Below, piece by piece: positions 41,085-56,500 of a DNA stretch of 64,000 nt (its first letter is position 1; every line of letters starts with the position of its first letter). The notes beneath the pieces were generated by a model. That model made no database searches. It saw only the letters and a list, made by a program, of their open reading frames with translations, and had not been told where the DNA came from. Source of the stretch: Trichoplax sp. H2 (taxonomy: Eukaryota); assembly GCA_003344405.1 (NCBI GenBank), contig NOWV01000226.1, positions 1-64,000 on the forward strand. The letters are read 5' to 3'. Both the position numbers and the translations under genes were made by a program.

Positions 41085-44000
41085 CGAGTCCGTGGCAATC
41101 GAACGGATCCTTCAACACACTTACTATTTGGAGAAGATGTTGCTTTTTGTATAGATAATGCCTACCTTGTTGAAACATTTCATGAACTGGCCAAAGGCGT
41201 CTTCTTCATCACCAATTACAGAATTATCTTTGCTGGCTATTATATGAAAGTACGCGTAAGAATATTCCAATAATTTAGAGAATGTTATAGATCAACTCTA
41301 TTGAGATCAAAACGATTAGGTAATGATAAAATGGGTATCAAAGTAAATAAAAGTTGTACTTCGAAAATAATTTTGGATCAAGATACGGGCTAAGGCAACC
41401 AACATTATGCAATCTATCATCACATAAACATACACGTCGATAGTTCATCGTAAAATATAGTAGTAATAAAATCACTACCATAAATGGAATATCCATACCA
41501 TAAAGGCAGATACTCTGCTTAAAGAAGAGTATTTTTTTTACTTTAAAATGCAAGACTTCTAGCTACAAGGCTTAATTATTATTTTTGTGCTTGTAGTAAA
41601 TTACATTATTACAATCTATATATACGAGTATGTCATTAATGTGTAGTTGTATACTAGTCATGGTATAGCTAATTATATAAGTATGTAACGATGAGTTGGA
41701 TAGTACTTTAATGCTTAACTAGTTCAATAAAGTTGTGCTCATATAGAACAGTACCGCAACGATGCAATACTCTATAAGCTCGTATTTCAGAGGTAACAAT
41801 TACAGTACTTACACGGAACTTGCAGTAAGTCTACACCAGCCTTGTAGATTATAAGAAGAGAAATATGGTATTATTGAGAAATCGTCTACATACCCTTGAA
41901 AATATTTAGGCCAAGAAGAAGAGAGGCAAAGTTCTACAGCAAATCAATCTCTTATGCTTGTATTGTATTTAAGTTGTAAACAAGCTTAATCTTCATAAAG
42001 ACTTTGTGATGCTTTAGTTACATCATAGTATTCACTTGAGTTGGCGTAAATTTAGCTCTTGATCTGAAAGAATTATATTATGCTATAACATTTAACAGTA
42101 TTGCAACAAGTATCAGCCAAAGATATTATAGATGAGTTGCACATAATTTAATACAAATAATCTTTAAGAGCCTTTATTATGCTTTAGATGCGTAGTTACG
42201 ATTTTAAAATTTAAAATCATTTTTCAGTATAAAGATATTTACAAAGCCGGTAAAACTAGTATGGTTAGTAAAGCCGTCAAGGTTATCACCAAATCAAATA
42301 CTTCCTTTAAGTAAGTTTTTAGCAAGTTGTAATCAATCTTGGTATTTAATATATGAATACTGTACGTCGTCATGATCTTGCATCAGCTTTTATTCATTGA
42401 TTGTAAAAGCCAATTTTTACTTATCAACGATTAGACCTATCGACGTAGTATCTATGACGACAAAGCTTCAGTCCACCAATGATGGCAATAGCAACATTCG
42501 TGATTCTTTGACGATGGAGCTGAAGAAGCAAATATTAAGTACTTAATAATATACGATGTTGTATTCTATCTCTTACTTTGTAGTGGTGAGCAACTAAAAC
42601 TATGCCATTTTGAGATTCTTTTAGAATTACATTTTTTAATAAATATACTATATAATGATTTGTATAATAGAACATATAAATAATTTATTGCATATTTATA
42701 ATTCACTACAATAATTCTAATTTTATTTAGCTATTGAAGATGTGATATCAATACCTCTTACCTCTATTGATGACCTTGCAAATGTACCATTAGTACATTT
42801 AATTCGAGAGAAGCTATCTCTAGAGTCTGGAGTAAAAATTATCTCCCGAATTTGCCATGATATTGTGGTATAGGCAAATTAATAGTGTATGTTTTATTAT
42901 AGAAGACTATTCTGTTGTCTAATTGTATAATTTTATCTGCAGATCTGCATTCCATATGATAATATTTATAGTGTCGATTATTTGATTAAACAATTATACA
43001 TACGAATGCGAAGCGTCCCAACAGGAATGACTGCTATATTCGCATTTCGTCACTTTAAAAAAATTTGTACTAGCAAATCTGGAGAGAAATATATACCTGT
43101 CAAGGACGAGTTTAACAGCAACATCTATAGTTTTGAAGGTAGGATATGAATTTTTAAGCATTACGCGAGTGCATCTAGAGTTTATAAATGAATATTGTCT
43201 AACATCGTATTTCACTATAATTTGATGTAGCTGAGACCGCTAGAATTGATATTACTGACGATAACAACTGGGATGGTAATCTTTTAGCGATCAAATCAGT
43301 TTTTTAGATACAAGTCTGTCTAAAACTATTATAATTATGCATAGATTGTGTATACACTTATCCATAGCTATAAGTAGACGTAGACATTTTAAGACTAAGG
43401 TAGACTTAAAAACGTTCGATCTCAATCTCTGAACCATTTTTACAATCGAGTACAACAACCGATACATGAATTTGAAACTAACTATCTTCGTATTTTATTA
43501 GTGATTAATAACAACGGCAGCGAATCTTACCCTATATTTGCCCAAAATATAATTATACCGAGAACTTTCCATACATCACTATTACCAGAGTTAGCAAAAC
43601 GTTACAGGTTCAAGCGATATAATTCATTTTAAATTGTTGTAGCGAAGTGTAAATGATCACATTACACTTTCGTACCGTGCTAATTAGTATGCTTTTATAA
43701 TGAAAAATTATTATAAAAGAGGAGGTAGATTTCCAATTGTTTGTTGGAAGGAAAAAGATACTAATTGTTTCCTACTAAGATCGGCTTATATGATAGAATC
43801 AAGGTATCTCAATAACTTTTGTAATACTTTAAGCTGTTAACTACTGCTTCATCATAGAACTTCAATAAATTCTTATTCTATGCAGATCGAATTCCATCGA
43901 CAAGTCTGCACACCTTGAAGATTACTACTATCATATATGTAATTGCTTGGGCAAATCCACTGACATAAAGCTATACATTTTCTCTCCAAGGTGACTTGAT

Positions 44001-47000
44001 TAGCGGTTACTTTACTCTTCTATGTTTCCAATACGTTTTCCAAATATTACTGTTAGATATTTTGTAATGATGTAACGTGACTATTTTGCATTTAACTTTA
44101 TCTGAGAATAATCTCTATCCGACAGGTCAAGTAATCAATCCGTAACAAATTTTCTGTTAGCACGATCGCGTAAAGACTCAGATGGTAAACAATCTGATCA
44201 TTTTATTAAGCTTTTTGCTGATATGATTGTAACGTTGTATACTGTCCGTAACTCTTAGTAAATAAGCAGCCAAGTTTTGTGCATGTTAAAAGCAAAGCCT
44301 TCCAATTTAGTCCTGCAATCATTAAAAGAAGCTTACGACTGTTTCTTAACTTACTATCACACGAAAAGTAAGCATGGATTGAACACGATTATTAGAGAGT
44401 GATGATATAATCAGTCAAGCATATCATTCAGATAGTTGTTTTGTTTTCCTTGCAGAGATGATAAATATTTAGTACAGTTAGATGAATGTCGGTGGCTACA
44501 AATGATAAGTATGATCATTCAGAAAGCTGTGGAAATGGCTTTAATAATTGCCAAGTGCTCAGCTTCAGTAATCGCCAGCTTTGAAGATGGGCAAGATTTT
44601 ACCGCTCAGGTAATATTTCAAGTAACTATCGTTTAGTTAACATTGATATCAGATTTGATTAACGGGAGATAATATAGTATCTTAGCACTATCATACTAAC
44701 AAATCGAAGTCAATTTTTTTTAATTTAGGTTACTAGTTTAACTCAATTACTGCTCGACCCATACTATAGAACAATGGATGGCTTTCAAGTATGGCTTCAC
44801 TGTAACATTTTTTAGTTTTTCGCTTGCTTGCACTTTGTTGGATTGGCTATCACTAACCAAAAAACTTATGACAATACAGGTCTTAATTCAAAAAGAATGG
44901 TCAGAAATTGGCCACCCATTTTGTAAGCGCAATCTGCCTTTCCTTCGTAGAGATAAGGAAGCTGAAGGACCCGTATTTATTCAATGGCTGGACTGTGTTT
45001 ACCAGGTAATGTTGAGCCTTACTATATTACGTGCAGCGTCATTCATGCGTTGATTTATTTTATCTCGAGCAATAAAGATCTTAATAAAATTAAAAATGTA
45101 TACTAATTAAGAAACTAACTTATGAATGATATGCCTACAGATAGTAACTCAATTTCCTTATTTGTTTGAATTTACTCCGAATTTCCTCCATGTAAGATTT
45201 AGAAAATTGTGTAATTAGAAGAACTAAAGTTAGATACTAATCAAAATGATACAGGGCATTGATAAGCAGAGTCATATTAACATACATTATCATTATATCC
45301 TATAGGATATAGCATATCACGTTTATTCATGTCGCTTTGGAACATTCTTGAGTAATGACGTCTTTGACGAGGAGAAGGTACCTCTTATAATAAAAACGTA
45401 AAGCTTAACAATCATTAGCAATGTGACTAAACTTCTACTTCCTTATGACACTGTACAAGATCATTATCATCAAATCAACTAACTAACGTAAAGACGTTTT
45501 ATATTAAGTATAATATTTATATGCGTACGGTATCATTTTGGGATTGGATGAGAGACATTGGATGCTATAAACCATATAGAAATCGCTTCTACATAAAAGA
45601 ATCCTATCACCGGTAAATATACCTACCCTAATATTCCCTGGATAATGGCAGCATTCATTATTCTATTGGATTCGCGAAGACTTTTATAGGATTTGTTGAT
45701 AGAATAAATCTTTATCATTGTTATTTCGTAGGTTAATTTTACCACTGTACAGTGTTCCATTTCTAAAAATTTGGAAAGAATGTTATTGTAATATGAATGA
45801 AGTAAGAATAAGAGTATCTTTAAAAATTTCTCAGAAATATATGCACGTATTTTACTTTGGCGATATCCAAGGATCATAATGTCAATGCTTTTGATTTATT
45901 TACGAATACGTCAAGATCGGTTCTGTGAATTCTAACCTTGGTAAACTCTATCAGCAATACCAGGTTCAAATATGCTGTAGTTGAAGATTTATCCATTTCT
46001 TCATTATCTTGTTTCGCTAGTGATACCGTAAATGTGGAATAAATAATATTTTTCCTTAATAAGTGAAATCTGATACTAATTTATTACAACGTTAAATTTT
46101 ATTTTTCGTAGACTTTAATTACTGAATATAAAGAACTGTGTAATACATTGGACATCAAATTTGATAAGAAATTGTATATTGATGCGCATCTTAATAATAA
46201 TGAGCGATGTTTGGCTGAATTATTTCAAATAAAACCTATTCGAAGTATGATACAGGCTGTAACCTCAGCTGTTTACCTTTTAGTGGCACTAATTTGACGT
46301 ATTATCATTATACAGAGGTTATGCTTAAGAAAAATGAAAGAAATATAAATCTTGAATACGAAGAGGAGGATAACCCACAGTCTTGGAAAACTGCTCCTAA
46401 TATTGATTTGCACTATTCAAATGGTAGGAAGAGTAATCGTAAGCTAATTCAGAGGTATCTATCCAATTTGTAGAATTACTAAACAATTTTTTTTACTACT
46501 TTGGTGTAATACATAGAAAGCTTAACTGATTCAAATGGTACCCCGGATAATTCTCTACGCCGTCAAACAATCAATTTTGTTTATATTTTACAACGAAAAG
46601 GTTCAAAGTGTTATTTAAATAGAATGAACCAAAACGACAATGGTTAAATTCGGACTTCTGCTGAATAATATAAACAGTAACTTTTCCATATCGGTAGACC
46701 AGGGTAAAAAACTTATTTTGTATTCTTTTTAGGTCTGTCATTCCAATGGGAACACAAAGTGGTCGTTGAGAAACTACGTTGTAGCGGTTATTTGACTAAA
46801 CTTGGAAGTACGAGATATTGTATTTAAATATCTAAATTATAATCTATAATATCAATATATATACGTTATGACACAATATAATATATGTCTTTATATGCAT
46901 ATGCATGTATGGCATGGCAATAATTTATGCGATACCACTAGCAGCAAGTAATTATTTAAAAGATTGCAAAATTGTAGATGAAGTGAAATGATTCGATTAC

Positions 47001-47550
47001 TTAGTTAATCTTCGGTGTTACCGTCATCTGAATTTAACGAAACTTTTTTTATTTTTGATTCACTTACTAGAAATTAGAAAGAACTGGAAGAAACGATGGT
47101 TCATATTAGATTATGCCCAGCAATCATTATCCTATTATTCAGACATTAGCGTCAGTAAAGCTAAAATGAATATTTTATTCGTATTTAACATCTTAAATTT
47201 ACAATAACATTCATATCATTTCCTAATCATTTGTCACGAAGTATTCATTGCTGTTTAATTCCCTCCTCTTTTTACCATCAATCAAGATAACGATTTTTAT
47301 TCATCAAATATGTTAGGCACAGTCAAGTCTGAAAGGTTGTATTGATATACATTCGATGAAAAGTGTCTGTAAAGAAGAGGAAGATCACTACAAGGGTATC
47401 TATATCATCTCTTTGACTACATATGATCGCACTTACAGATTGAAGGCTTCTAATGAAATAGAGATGGTCATTTGGATAACGATACTTGAATGTGTGATTT
47501 ACAATAATAATAGCGCATCTATTTCAGCAGAAAATTTTCAAAACGAGTAA
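41085..47550 (+). CDS. Inactive myotubularin-related pseudophosphatase (SBF1/SBF2 = MTMR5/13-like): GRAM, dead PTP domain, C-terminal PH; multi-exon, true start probably ~40240-40470
   Basis: GRAM motif LLFGE..KGVFFITNYRIIF; GGRFPIVCW; catalytic loop reads SVIASFEDGQDFTAQ; LLLDPYYRTMDGFQVLIQKEW; PVFIQWLDCVYQIVTQFPYLFEF; SCRFGTFL; PH domain CSGYLTKLG..RKNWKKRWFILD..RTYRLKA....W. Confidence 0.85.
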
Positions 47551-50500
47551 GCAAAGATATGGACTTCAATGCAATTACTGCGTGATGTTTATAAAATACT
47601 ATTATTTTTATACTACCCCACTATACTGTACATGCTAACCTGAATTAGAATTATTTGATGATTTTTTCCTACGCTCTTTGGCAACGAATTTAAACTACTA
47701 AGTATAAGATTCTTATAAAGTAATACTTTATTGATGCAGTACTTTTATACTAATATGCTTGCATTTTAAACATAATAATTTAATATGATACTGATTGCTA
47801 TATTTATTTTTATACTTAAGAATCCTATATTTCACCTGCACCATCTATCGTGATATCATATAATTATACCGATATCGCATTAGTAAAGGTAGTTGTAGTA
47901 TTTATGTAACTCTTTATATTAAACAATAATTATATCGTCAAAAATGGATATTTTCTACGACATTTTATGTTGCAATACGCATAAAATTCACATCTACTAT
48001 GAAATGTAGATTAGCTAATAAGACATACAATAAAGCATTATCTTATCGTAGGTTAATTCAATCTGCTATCGGTATGCAGAGAATGTACATTATCATAATT
48101 AATTTAATATTTTATAAGTCATGATAATTTTTATAATATATTGGCAATGAGTGATATAAATTTTATGAATATAAATAGCTCAAAGCTACAATCAATCGAT
48201 TCTGAAAGTTTTATAACCAGTTCGATGATATAATCAGATGAAGCTTGTAAAGCCTTGCTAATGCTAGCTTAAAATAAGCTAAATTGTGTTCTCATAATTT
48301 TTATGTTATTACCATGAAAATAAAAGTTTCTAGAGTATACATTATAGAATATTTTTACTCCCTATCCAAATGATCTAATTGAATGATGACTCATTGATGA
48401 GCAGAAATCTCGTAAAAAATTTTATAAGAAAAGGTGAGTGTATAGATTGCGTGATTTTGATATTTGATATTTTATTGCACAATTTTTAAATGTTTTCCAC
48501 AACAACATGCGAATATCATGCAGTCGTAGATGATTGATCAAATTTGTTCTTACGTGCGGAGAAAATATTAGCACCAATTTTTCTATATATAGATTGGAGT
48601 TTCTATATAAAGTATTTCTATAGTAGCTGTCAATTGGCAGTTACGGCGTGTCATGCTATAAAATGAAATCTGAAAATTAAAGATTATAAGATAAACATTG
48701 TCGGGTAGTGCTTGAGTTAATTTACATTGAACAATTAATTGATATTTTCACAGCTTATTTATTATATTACTAACAGCACCTGCACACCTAATAGATATAT
48801 GTAAGTGTATGTTGTTAATAATAAATAAATTCCAATAAGAGCTGTACCAATAAAATATAAGGCATAAAGTTTATGCTGCCACATAAACACATTGTTGAAA
48901 TATTAAGTCAAAATTTCGTCAAGAAAGTATGCCGTGTATACTATTTTTTCAAGGAGGTAAATTAATTCTACTGCATGTGTCTGTTTGTTTTTAATACAAG
49001 TGCACAGCGTCACGGATAAAAATATGACGCATTTATTCCATAGTAGATTACATGGAAATAATTTTCAGCCATATATTCCAATTAAGGTAGAAATTATTAT
49101 TTATCGATTTTGTTAATCAGACATTTTATTGAATTTAAAATGAGATTAATAATACCATAATTAGCAGTGATTATTTTGTTTTTGTTAAGTACACTCGTAA
49201 TTACCTCGTCTGACTAATTAATCGCAAATCATATTCATTAAATTACTGCATATTTATTTTTTCAGACAGTCTTTGCAAGTGTCTAACGTACATCCATTTA
49301 TAAAGCTGTCTATACTACATTAATAAGTTCAAAAAATTTTTGAATATTTTATTGATCATAAGACTATTAAGGTACATTTTCCATAAATTCGCTCTGAAAT
49401 GAATTTCAAAAGAGTAATTGCGTCACCGATGGTACTTCAGATTAAAGCTTAAGAATAATTAAGGCAATTTGGGAATAAATCATCTTTAATATTCTGAGAT
49501 CTTGACTCTCAACACTGTCGAGCGATTAGTGAATTTACCAAAAGCCAGGAATCTTAACTAGAATAGTAATCGATAAGAACTATACAATATACAGTAATAT
49601 ACGTGTATTGGGTATAAATCACTTTATGATTAGATTTTGAAGTAAAAATTGAAAGTTTATTGATATAAATCATCGTCATGCGATATCAGCGTAAATGATG
49701 AATTCGACGATATATAGATATTGTACGATTGAAAACGTATTTTTAGACCCGACTAATTATATAATTATCCCAAAAATCGTCATCACTGGCGAGATAAATT
49801 TATGGCACTCTAATACACGTTATACAAGTATAAGTAAAAGAAGTTAGAATAGCTTTCTTGCTTTATTTCATTTATACTTTTTCTTAATTCTCGAAAGATT
49901 TCATATGACTCATACATGAGAGCTACCCAATTTTATTATTGTTATTCTTAGCCTCCCATGAGGATAGGCTGCTCTTGTAGAGTTTAAAATGATACAAAGC
50001 AGATGATATAAATATTAAATAGCAATAATATCAAAGTAACCATAAAAGGCGTCATTACTGACGTAAATGAAGTAAAACATATTTGTACTAGGAAATGGTT
50101 GAACTCAAGTTAACTACAAGATGTACAGTAGCGAAAAGTGAAATAAGTAGAGATTTACGACCTACCAGTTTGAATAGTCGAATAATACAGCTTCAATCAG
50201 GTGCAGAACAACTACTATGAAGTAATACCAATATAGTTAGACCCTACTGAGCCTTATAAAATTGATGTAAAAAAGCAACTGTTCCAGCCTTTCCTCTAGA
50301 TCGTTTTTAGTGGTATAACAATTAATGGATTCATTTGTCGGCTTTTCATAATAATATAGACGAAACATCTCAATTAATCTCAGAATATCCCACTACTTAT
50401 TTCAGATAGGGCATAGAGGAACTCATTGTGTTGTTCATGTCTGCAGTCGAGTAAACTTGTTGAAGTCAGTTTTAACTTATTTGATCATCGCCAAGATAAG

Positions 50501-53500
50501 CAAGATATTGTGTAATGTACGTGACACAAGAGAAAGAGACCAAAGGTAAGAGAAATTAGAATATTATCTTCTACACATTTATTTGCACCAATTTACTGCT
50601 CTTTCAATAGATGACTAGTTGAACTGTAAAAGTTAAAATTCTCATTATGATAATAATAATAATCATTATCGTCATCATTGATGGAGGAGACAGCCGGCAT
50701 AACATGATCATTTCACTCATTTAGAATTGAGTAACGTCATGGACAACATGCAGTGCCGTGGTGCCTAGATAAGCGCGATATTAAAATAGTTTTGTAAAGA
50801 ATTTTATAATTTATCCCTTGATTTAGCAGTTTAATTAATTGGATCTTATTTCCATTGTATCAGCATAGAAAATATTGTACGCTAAGATTAATAGCGGTTC
50901 GATCGATTCATGTAAAATGATAGACAATGAATAATAATGTCTGTCATCTATCGAATTGAAGAGTAGCCGCTCTAGTCAATAACCAAATTATGTAACATTA
51001 CTTTTATGTCTTAAGGCTTCTTCTAGCTAAATAACGAGTTCAGCCTGTTTAGTCTTGGCTTGATATCACGTGAATTTTCAGTGGGTAATAAATTGTTGTG
51101 TCGGAGTGTTTTTTTAATGCGTCAAAAAAGGATGAACAGTAGGGCGATTGCATTACCTCATTAACAATAATATCGAATCTATACGAAACCAATGACGAGT
51201 TTATAAATGAATATATTAACATAACTAATGAAGTTTATCCTAAACTAAATCTGGATAATCACTCAGAATTGATCTTGTTCTATGGCAAAGACTACTGAAA
51301 TCAATCATCTAGACTTCAATAATAGACCAACTACTGAATAATGTTGACGCTACGGCCGACTTATCACTAGACATACATGTTGTTCAATAATAATTCATCA
51401 ATAGCATTTGCTAGACTTTTGGCCTTTTCGATGAGGTATTAATCGATTGTACGATGTTAACACATGTCCAGAAATTGAACCTTTTAACTTAACTTAAGGT
51501 CCCTAGTTCTATTATAATGTAATGGTATCGTACTGCCAACTTGTATCGTTATGATACCAATGCACTAGTTCAATGTGAATTAGGCATAGGAATTGTTTTC
51601 CTTTTCAATGGCAATTATTATTTAGTTATCATGTACTTCCATCTGGGTAGTGATATAGGAATTATACAGTATCATGGTCAATGGTAAAATAAAGATCACA
51701 AAAGCAGGGGTTAATCAATGCCACTTTCATCCTAGTCTATCTCGATCAATCTTCAAAGACTATTTTTCGTATTAAAAAACACGTTCAAGCAAGGCAAACT
51801 GTTTGATTAAAGAATGGAATGATAATAACTTGCATATTCTAAACAATCTAAGAAAAATATCTATGTATTTTTCCTAGTGGCATTTCAAAACAACAACGCC
51901 ATTCTATACAGTATGCTTGATTAAATAGATACTTTTGACATATGAAGTCATTTATTTTTTACAATGAATTCATATCCACTTATCTTTACCGAAGTAAGCC
52001 ATTTGATAATATGATCATACTACTGCACAGCAAACTCTATCAAATGGTTATGGATATGATATTATTCATCTAGTTTGTGACTATAACTAGAAAATAAAAA
52101 ATAATAAAAAAGCAATCCTTCCTCTCTATTCATAAGAATAAAATCATTGTTCATTTTATTTCTTTAAAAAAATCTATCCCTGATTCTATTCCTCGATATT
52201 TTAAGTATCGATTTAATAATAATAGATTGATGATCACTTTTTAGCAGTAAAATTGAGATTATTTTTTAATTAACGTCCGCTCCCTAATCATTTAGTTGAT
52301 TTAGCCTTATTAGCTTATGTCATGAATCGATTCTGCCATTGTACAATGGAAAGCCTTTGATTGCCTTGTTTATTTGATAATCAGCGTTTTTACGGATTGA
52401 TGAAGCTGATTAAGGAAATGATAATCAGTAGTCGAATGGTGATTTCGTAATAAGGCATTATTCTCTCATTGATCATTGATGACAAATGTCATGATTAAGT
52501 CACGAGTAAAGTCAATATCCGCCCTGTTGAAAATGAGTGAACTTGGAATTGTTGACATGATTGATGGTCCAAAAAGCATTATCCTATCGTAGATAGAGAA
52601 AATAGCTTCAGTTAATGACTATGTCAACTGTCAACTTTTGGCTAATTGTACACTTATCATATGATATGATGTCTATCATTAACATAAGGGTGTATTAGTA
52701 AATTATTTAGTTATGATAATCAAGTACCACTGCTTTAGAAATTAGAAAAGTAAATTTTCTTGCTTTGGACGTGACCTACAGTACGGTATATTACAAATTC
52801 GCTTCTACAAACAGATTGGATGATTATCCAATATGTTTTTCTTTTTTCTTACTATACTATGGGTTCTGATATACCATCATTGTTAGGATTCAGGACTATG
52901 AAAATACAGCTATTAATTTGGCTGATGCATCTTTGATATGCTAAAATAGCCAAAGAAAAAATAAGGCATAACAGTGCTACTGCCTTTGACAATAATTAAT
53001 ATAAAGTACTTCACTAGCTATTATTCTTACTGATATTACATTCGTACGACGATGTGCAAACACTATTCCATGTTTGTTTAATTTTTTCCGCATTCGTTAA
53101 AGTGAGGAAATGGATTCAAATTTCTTTACAATAATAAGATTTCAGATAGGAAGATGATGATCAGCGATAGAATTTTGAACTAACTGTAAATAAAAATAAG
53201 GGTGTGACATTACTCTTCCTACTTTCATTCAACTGTTAGCATTTGCATCAGAAATGTCACAACAAGGAATATGCAAGTTAGACTCGTTTACATCATGGAT
53301 AGAATTGATTTTAATCGTTGATGGATCATTGCGGTTACAGACTTGAAAAGAGTACCATCACGTCGTTCACCTTGCTACATTGCTTGATCAACTATTTTAC
53401 TCGATAGCAATCCATGCCAGGATAACCTATTCTGGAGTTCAACATTCTACTGTGGCCAGTGTGTGTTGTACTTGTCAAGAACTAAACAAAGTTAAGAGAT

Positions 53501-56500
53501 TAGTCATTGCATTCGGAGATAGCCTAAGCTTTGTCCTATTAGGGCTGCTTTGTTATTCATGTACAGTATATTGATCGATAAAATGCAAATAACTCGCAAA
53601 TTAAATAAACTTGACAGTTTGGCCAAGGTCACGTTGTTGTTGATACTATCTGCAATGGCTGATACTTTAAAAGACAATAACATTATTGTGCATTAACAAT
53701 ACGCTTGACGATGAAAAGCCAAAACGAGTATTATTTTTTAATTTGGTGATGAAGATCTACATTGAAAGTAGTGGAAAGAGAAGAAAATGAAGCTCAAATA
53801 TATTTATCTTACATGCCCATCCATGTACAGATAAGCATCTATTAGTAGAGAGGATGGAAATTATTTTGTAATTAGAGTCTACGAATTGAAATAGAATCAA
53901 TCATTCCTAGGAGAAGAGTATAGCGTATTACTTTTTACCGTGGTCAATTAGTCATCACTATGAAAAACAACAAGTTATTTGAATTGTAGCTGAGATCATT
54001 TCGATCTTTAGACAGACGCATCATCAAAGAGGTTGAATAATACAACGTAATTAAACTCTTTTATGTTAGTTGGCAAGCCATCATTATCATGATTAATATG
54101 GCTAATGAAAATAATTGCAGTTGATTATTATTGTTCATGGCGAAAAAGATTGAAATAACATGTTTCAATATTGAATAGTCTAGCTGGTCTACTGAGTTTA
54201 CCTCAGAGTGTGCAATGTCGTACACCGATCAAACGGTGATCTGTATGCCACCGCTAATGTGGAGAATGTTTTTATAAGCATTCAAAAGTAGTGCATGACA
54301 TGGCTTCCATTTGCAGGCCATAGTCGAAGATTGTACGAGATGATGTGAGCGACACTTGTACTTGTCATATCATTTTTATGGTGAAGATGATCACTTTTCC
54401 AAGAAAAAGCCTTATTTACTCTGTAGATTGTATTGATTGATAGAAGGAAAATAACCTGCTACATTGACATAAACATTTGAGGTTAGTTGGATATCCGATA
54501 GCACAGTATGTGTAGAACGGATGAACATGGTAAAACTAGAGTTTCGATATGGATATTCTGTATCGAATAGTTGCTTAGCGCTTCCAATACTTGTCCCTTA
54601 TTGCCAGTGTTGAAGAAGAACTTGAATACCAGTACTATATGCGCTAAGACCGAATACAATGCTGTAGAGGTTATAATTGCATGACCAAATTGGTATACCT
54701 ATACTGTATGACTGTGCAACTTCTAGTGATATTCCCAAGCAAGTGGAGTTGTTGATCAACTTATTATCACATCCTTTATTCGCTGTTATACCTAATCAAT
54801 TGACTGTGGTCAATACTCTACACTGTGCTATTTATATATTTTGTTAAACAGGCATTTTCAATGGTAGCTTAAACAGGTACCTGCCTTATGCTATCCTTTA
54901 GCCATGGCTTACTCTTGCGATATTGGTTGATTTTACCACTTGAGAAGCTCAGTAGAAGAACGAATGAAAATGTTGCAAAGGTGCCTTTTATTACCTATGA
55001 TGGTCTCACTTCCATCGAGAATCATTCTAAGTAATATCATCATCATAGGCCTATAGATTGTGCTCAATTGATCACTATAAAGGCGTATATGCTTAAATAT
55101 CTATCTTCGTTGTCTACTGTATATTGAAAATAGACTAAATTATTATTTCAACACGTACAGTATAACTATTACAGTACTTAGACTTATCGGTCAAAGTGGA
55201 TATGGATTTGACTCTTTACATAATTATCGATTTCTATCGTTCCTCGATAGAAATTTTCGATACTTGAAAAGAACTCTACCGGATAGAAAAGTCAAATCTA
55301 TACTTTGCATCGCTCCATTAGTAGTCATTTTAAAATCGATCCAGAAATAATGATCGTCAGGTTGTAAAATAGGGAAAAAGATCTTGGATCAAATTTTTAC
55401 TACTGCACTTAATCCATATAGATTTCCAATATTCAAGACGATCCTAAAAATGCAAAAATTTAATTTTTATCGTACTGTAATTTTTGAATGTAATGAATCA
55501 CGAAATACAGAAATCACCATGAAATGCCAATATTGATCAAAGTGATTGTGAATTCATAATAAGTAGTAATAGTAGATGTAAAGTAACTATTAGTTCTAGG
55601 ACAGCATTATCGTATGACTTGCACTTCAATTATCCATTTTCAAGACTAGCATTGAAGAGTGAGGGTCATAAAATCGTAACTAATACAGTAGGTAGAACAG
55701 CGTTATGCAGTTTCTTTCCGGCTATACGACGGCCAAAATAATGAGATTATGAAAAGCAAATTTGATGTCTATCTCTATGTTTATCACACTCATTCATTTG
55801 TAATTTTCATAAGTGGGCTTTAACCTTAGAATGGAAGGATTTTTTAACGTCCATTATCGTACAGCACATTTAATGGAATCTTTCAACAACTGAGGCTTTC
55901 AGTATTGGATATTACCGGTATGCTGTCTTTCGAAATTTTCTCCTTTAGCATTGTGACTTATTACGACCATCGATGATCAAAATATTTCTGTCTACCTCTC
56001 TTGTACAGTACTGTGTAGGTAATACAAAGATTGCAACCCAAATTAGGCTAGTAGTATTGCTTCCTATCCTACCGTCCATAGTGCGCTATAGTTATTAGAC
56101 TATCTAGCTATAGATCTATTTCATTATTAAGAGTACAAGAAGAACTAGAGACAGCATACAAGATGTATAGATTCTTATTAGGAAAGGTATTCGCGAACTT
56201 CGATTGACTTCATACCGGAGAAAGCCTATACACATCCATGGACGCAACAGGATCAATAACATGCACGTAGAATACAGTGTGTACCGTTCTAAAGTATTAG
56301 GTATAATCGATTTCAGTAGAAATGATCATGAATGAACAAATATGAATATAGGATAACCTTTTCCACAGTAAACGCTGACTGTTTTCAAGAATAGCATCTA
56401 TATAAGTCAAGATTGACTACTTTGAACCAAGCCCGTGAGCATATTGGCCGTTGTGTAGTGAAGATGAAATTTGCCCTTTTGACAAGAGAGAAAAGTCTCC

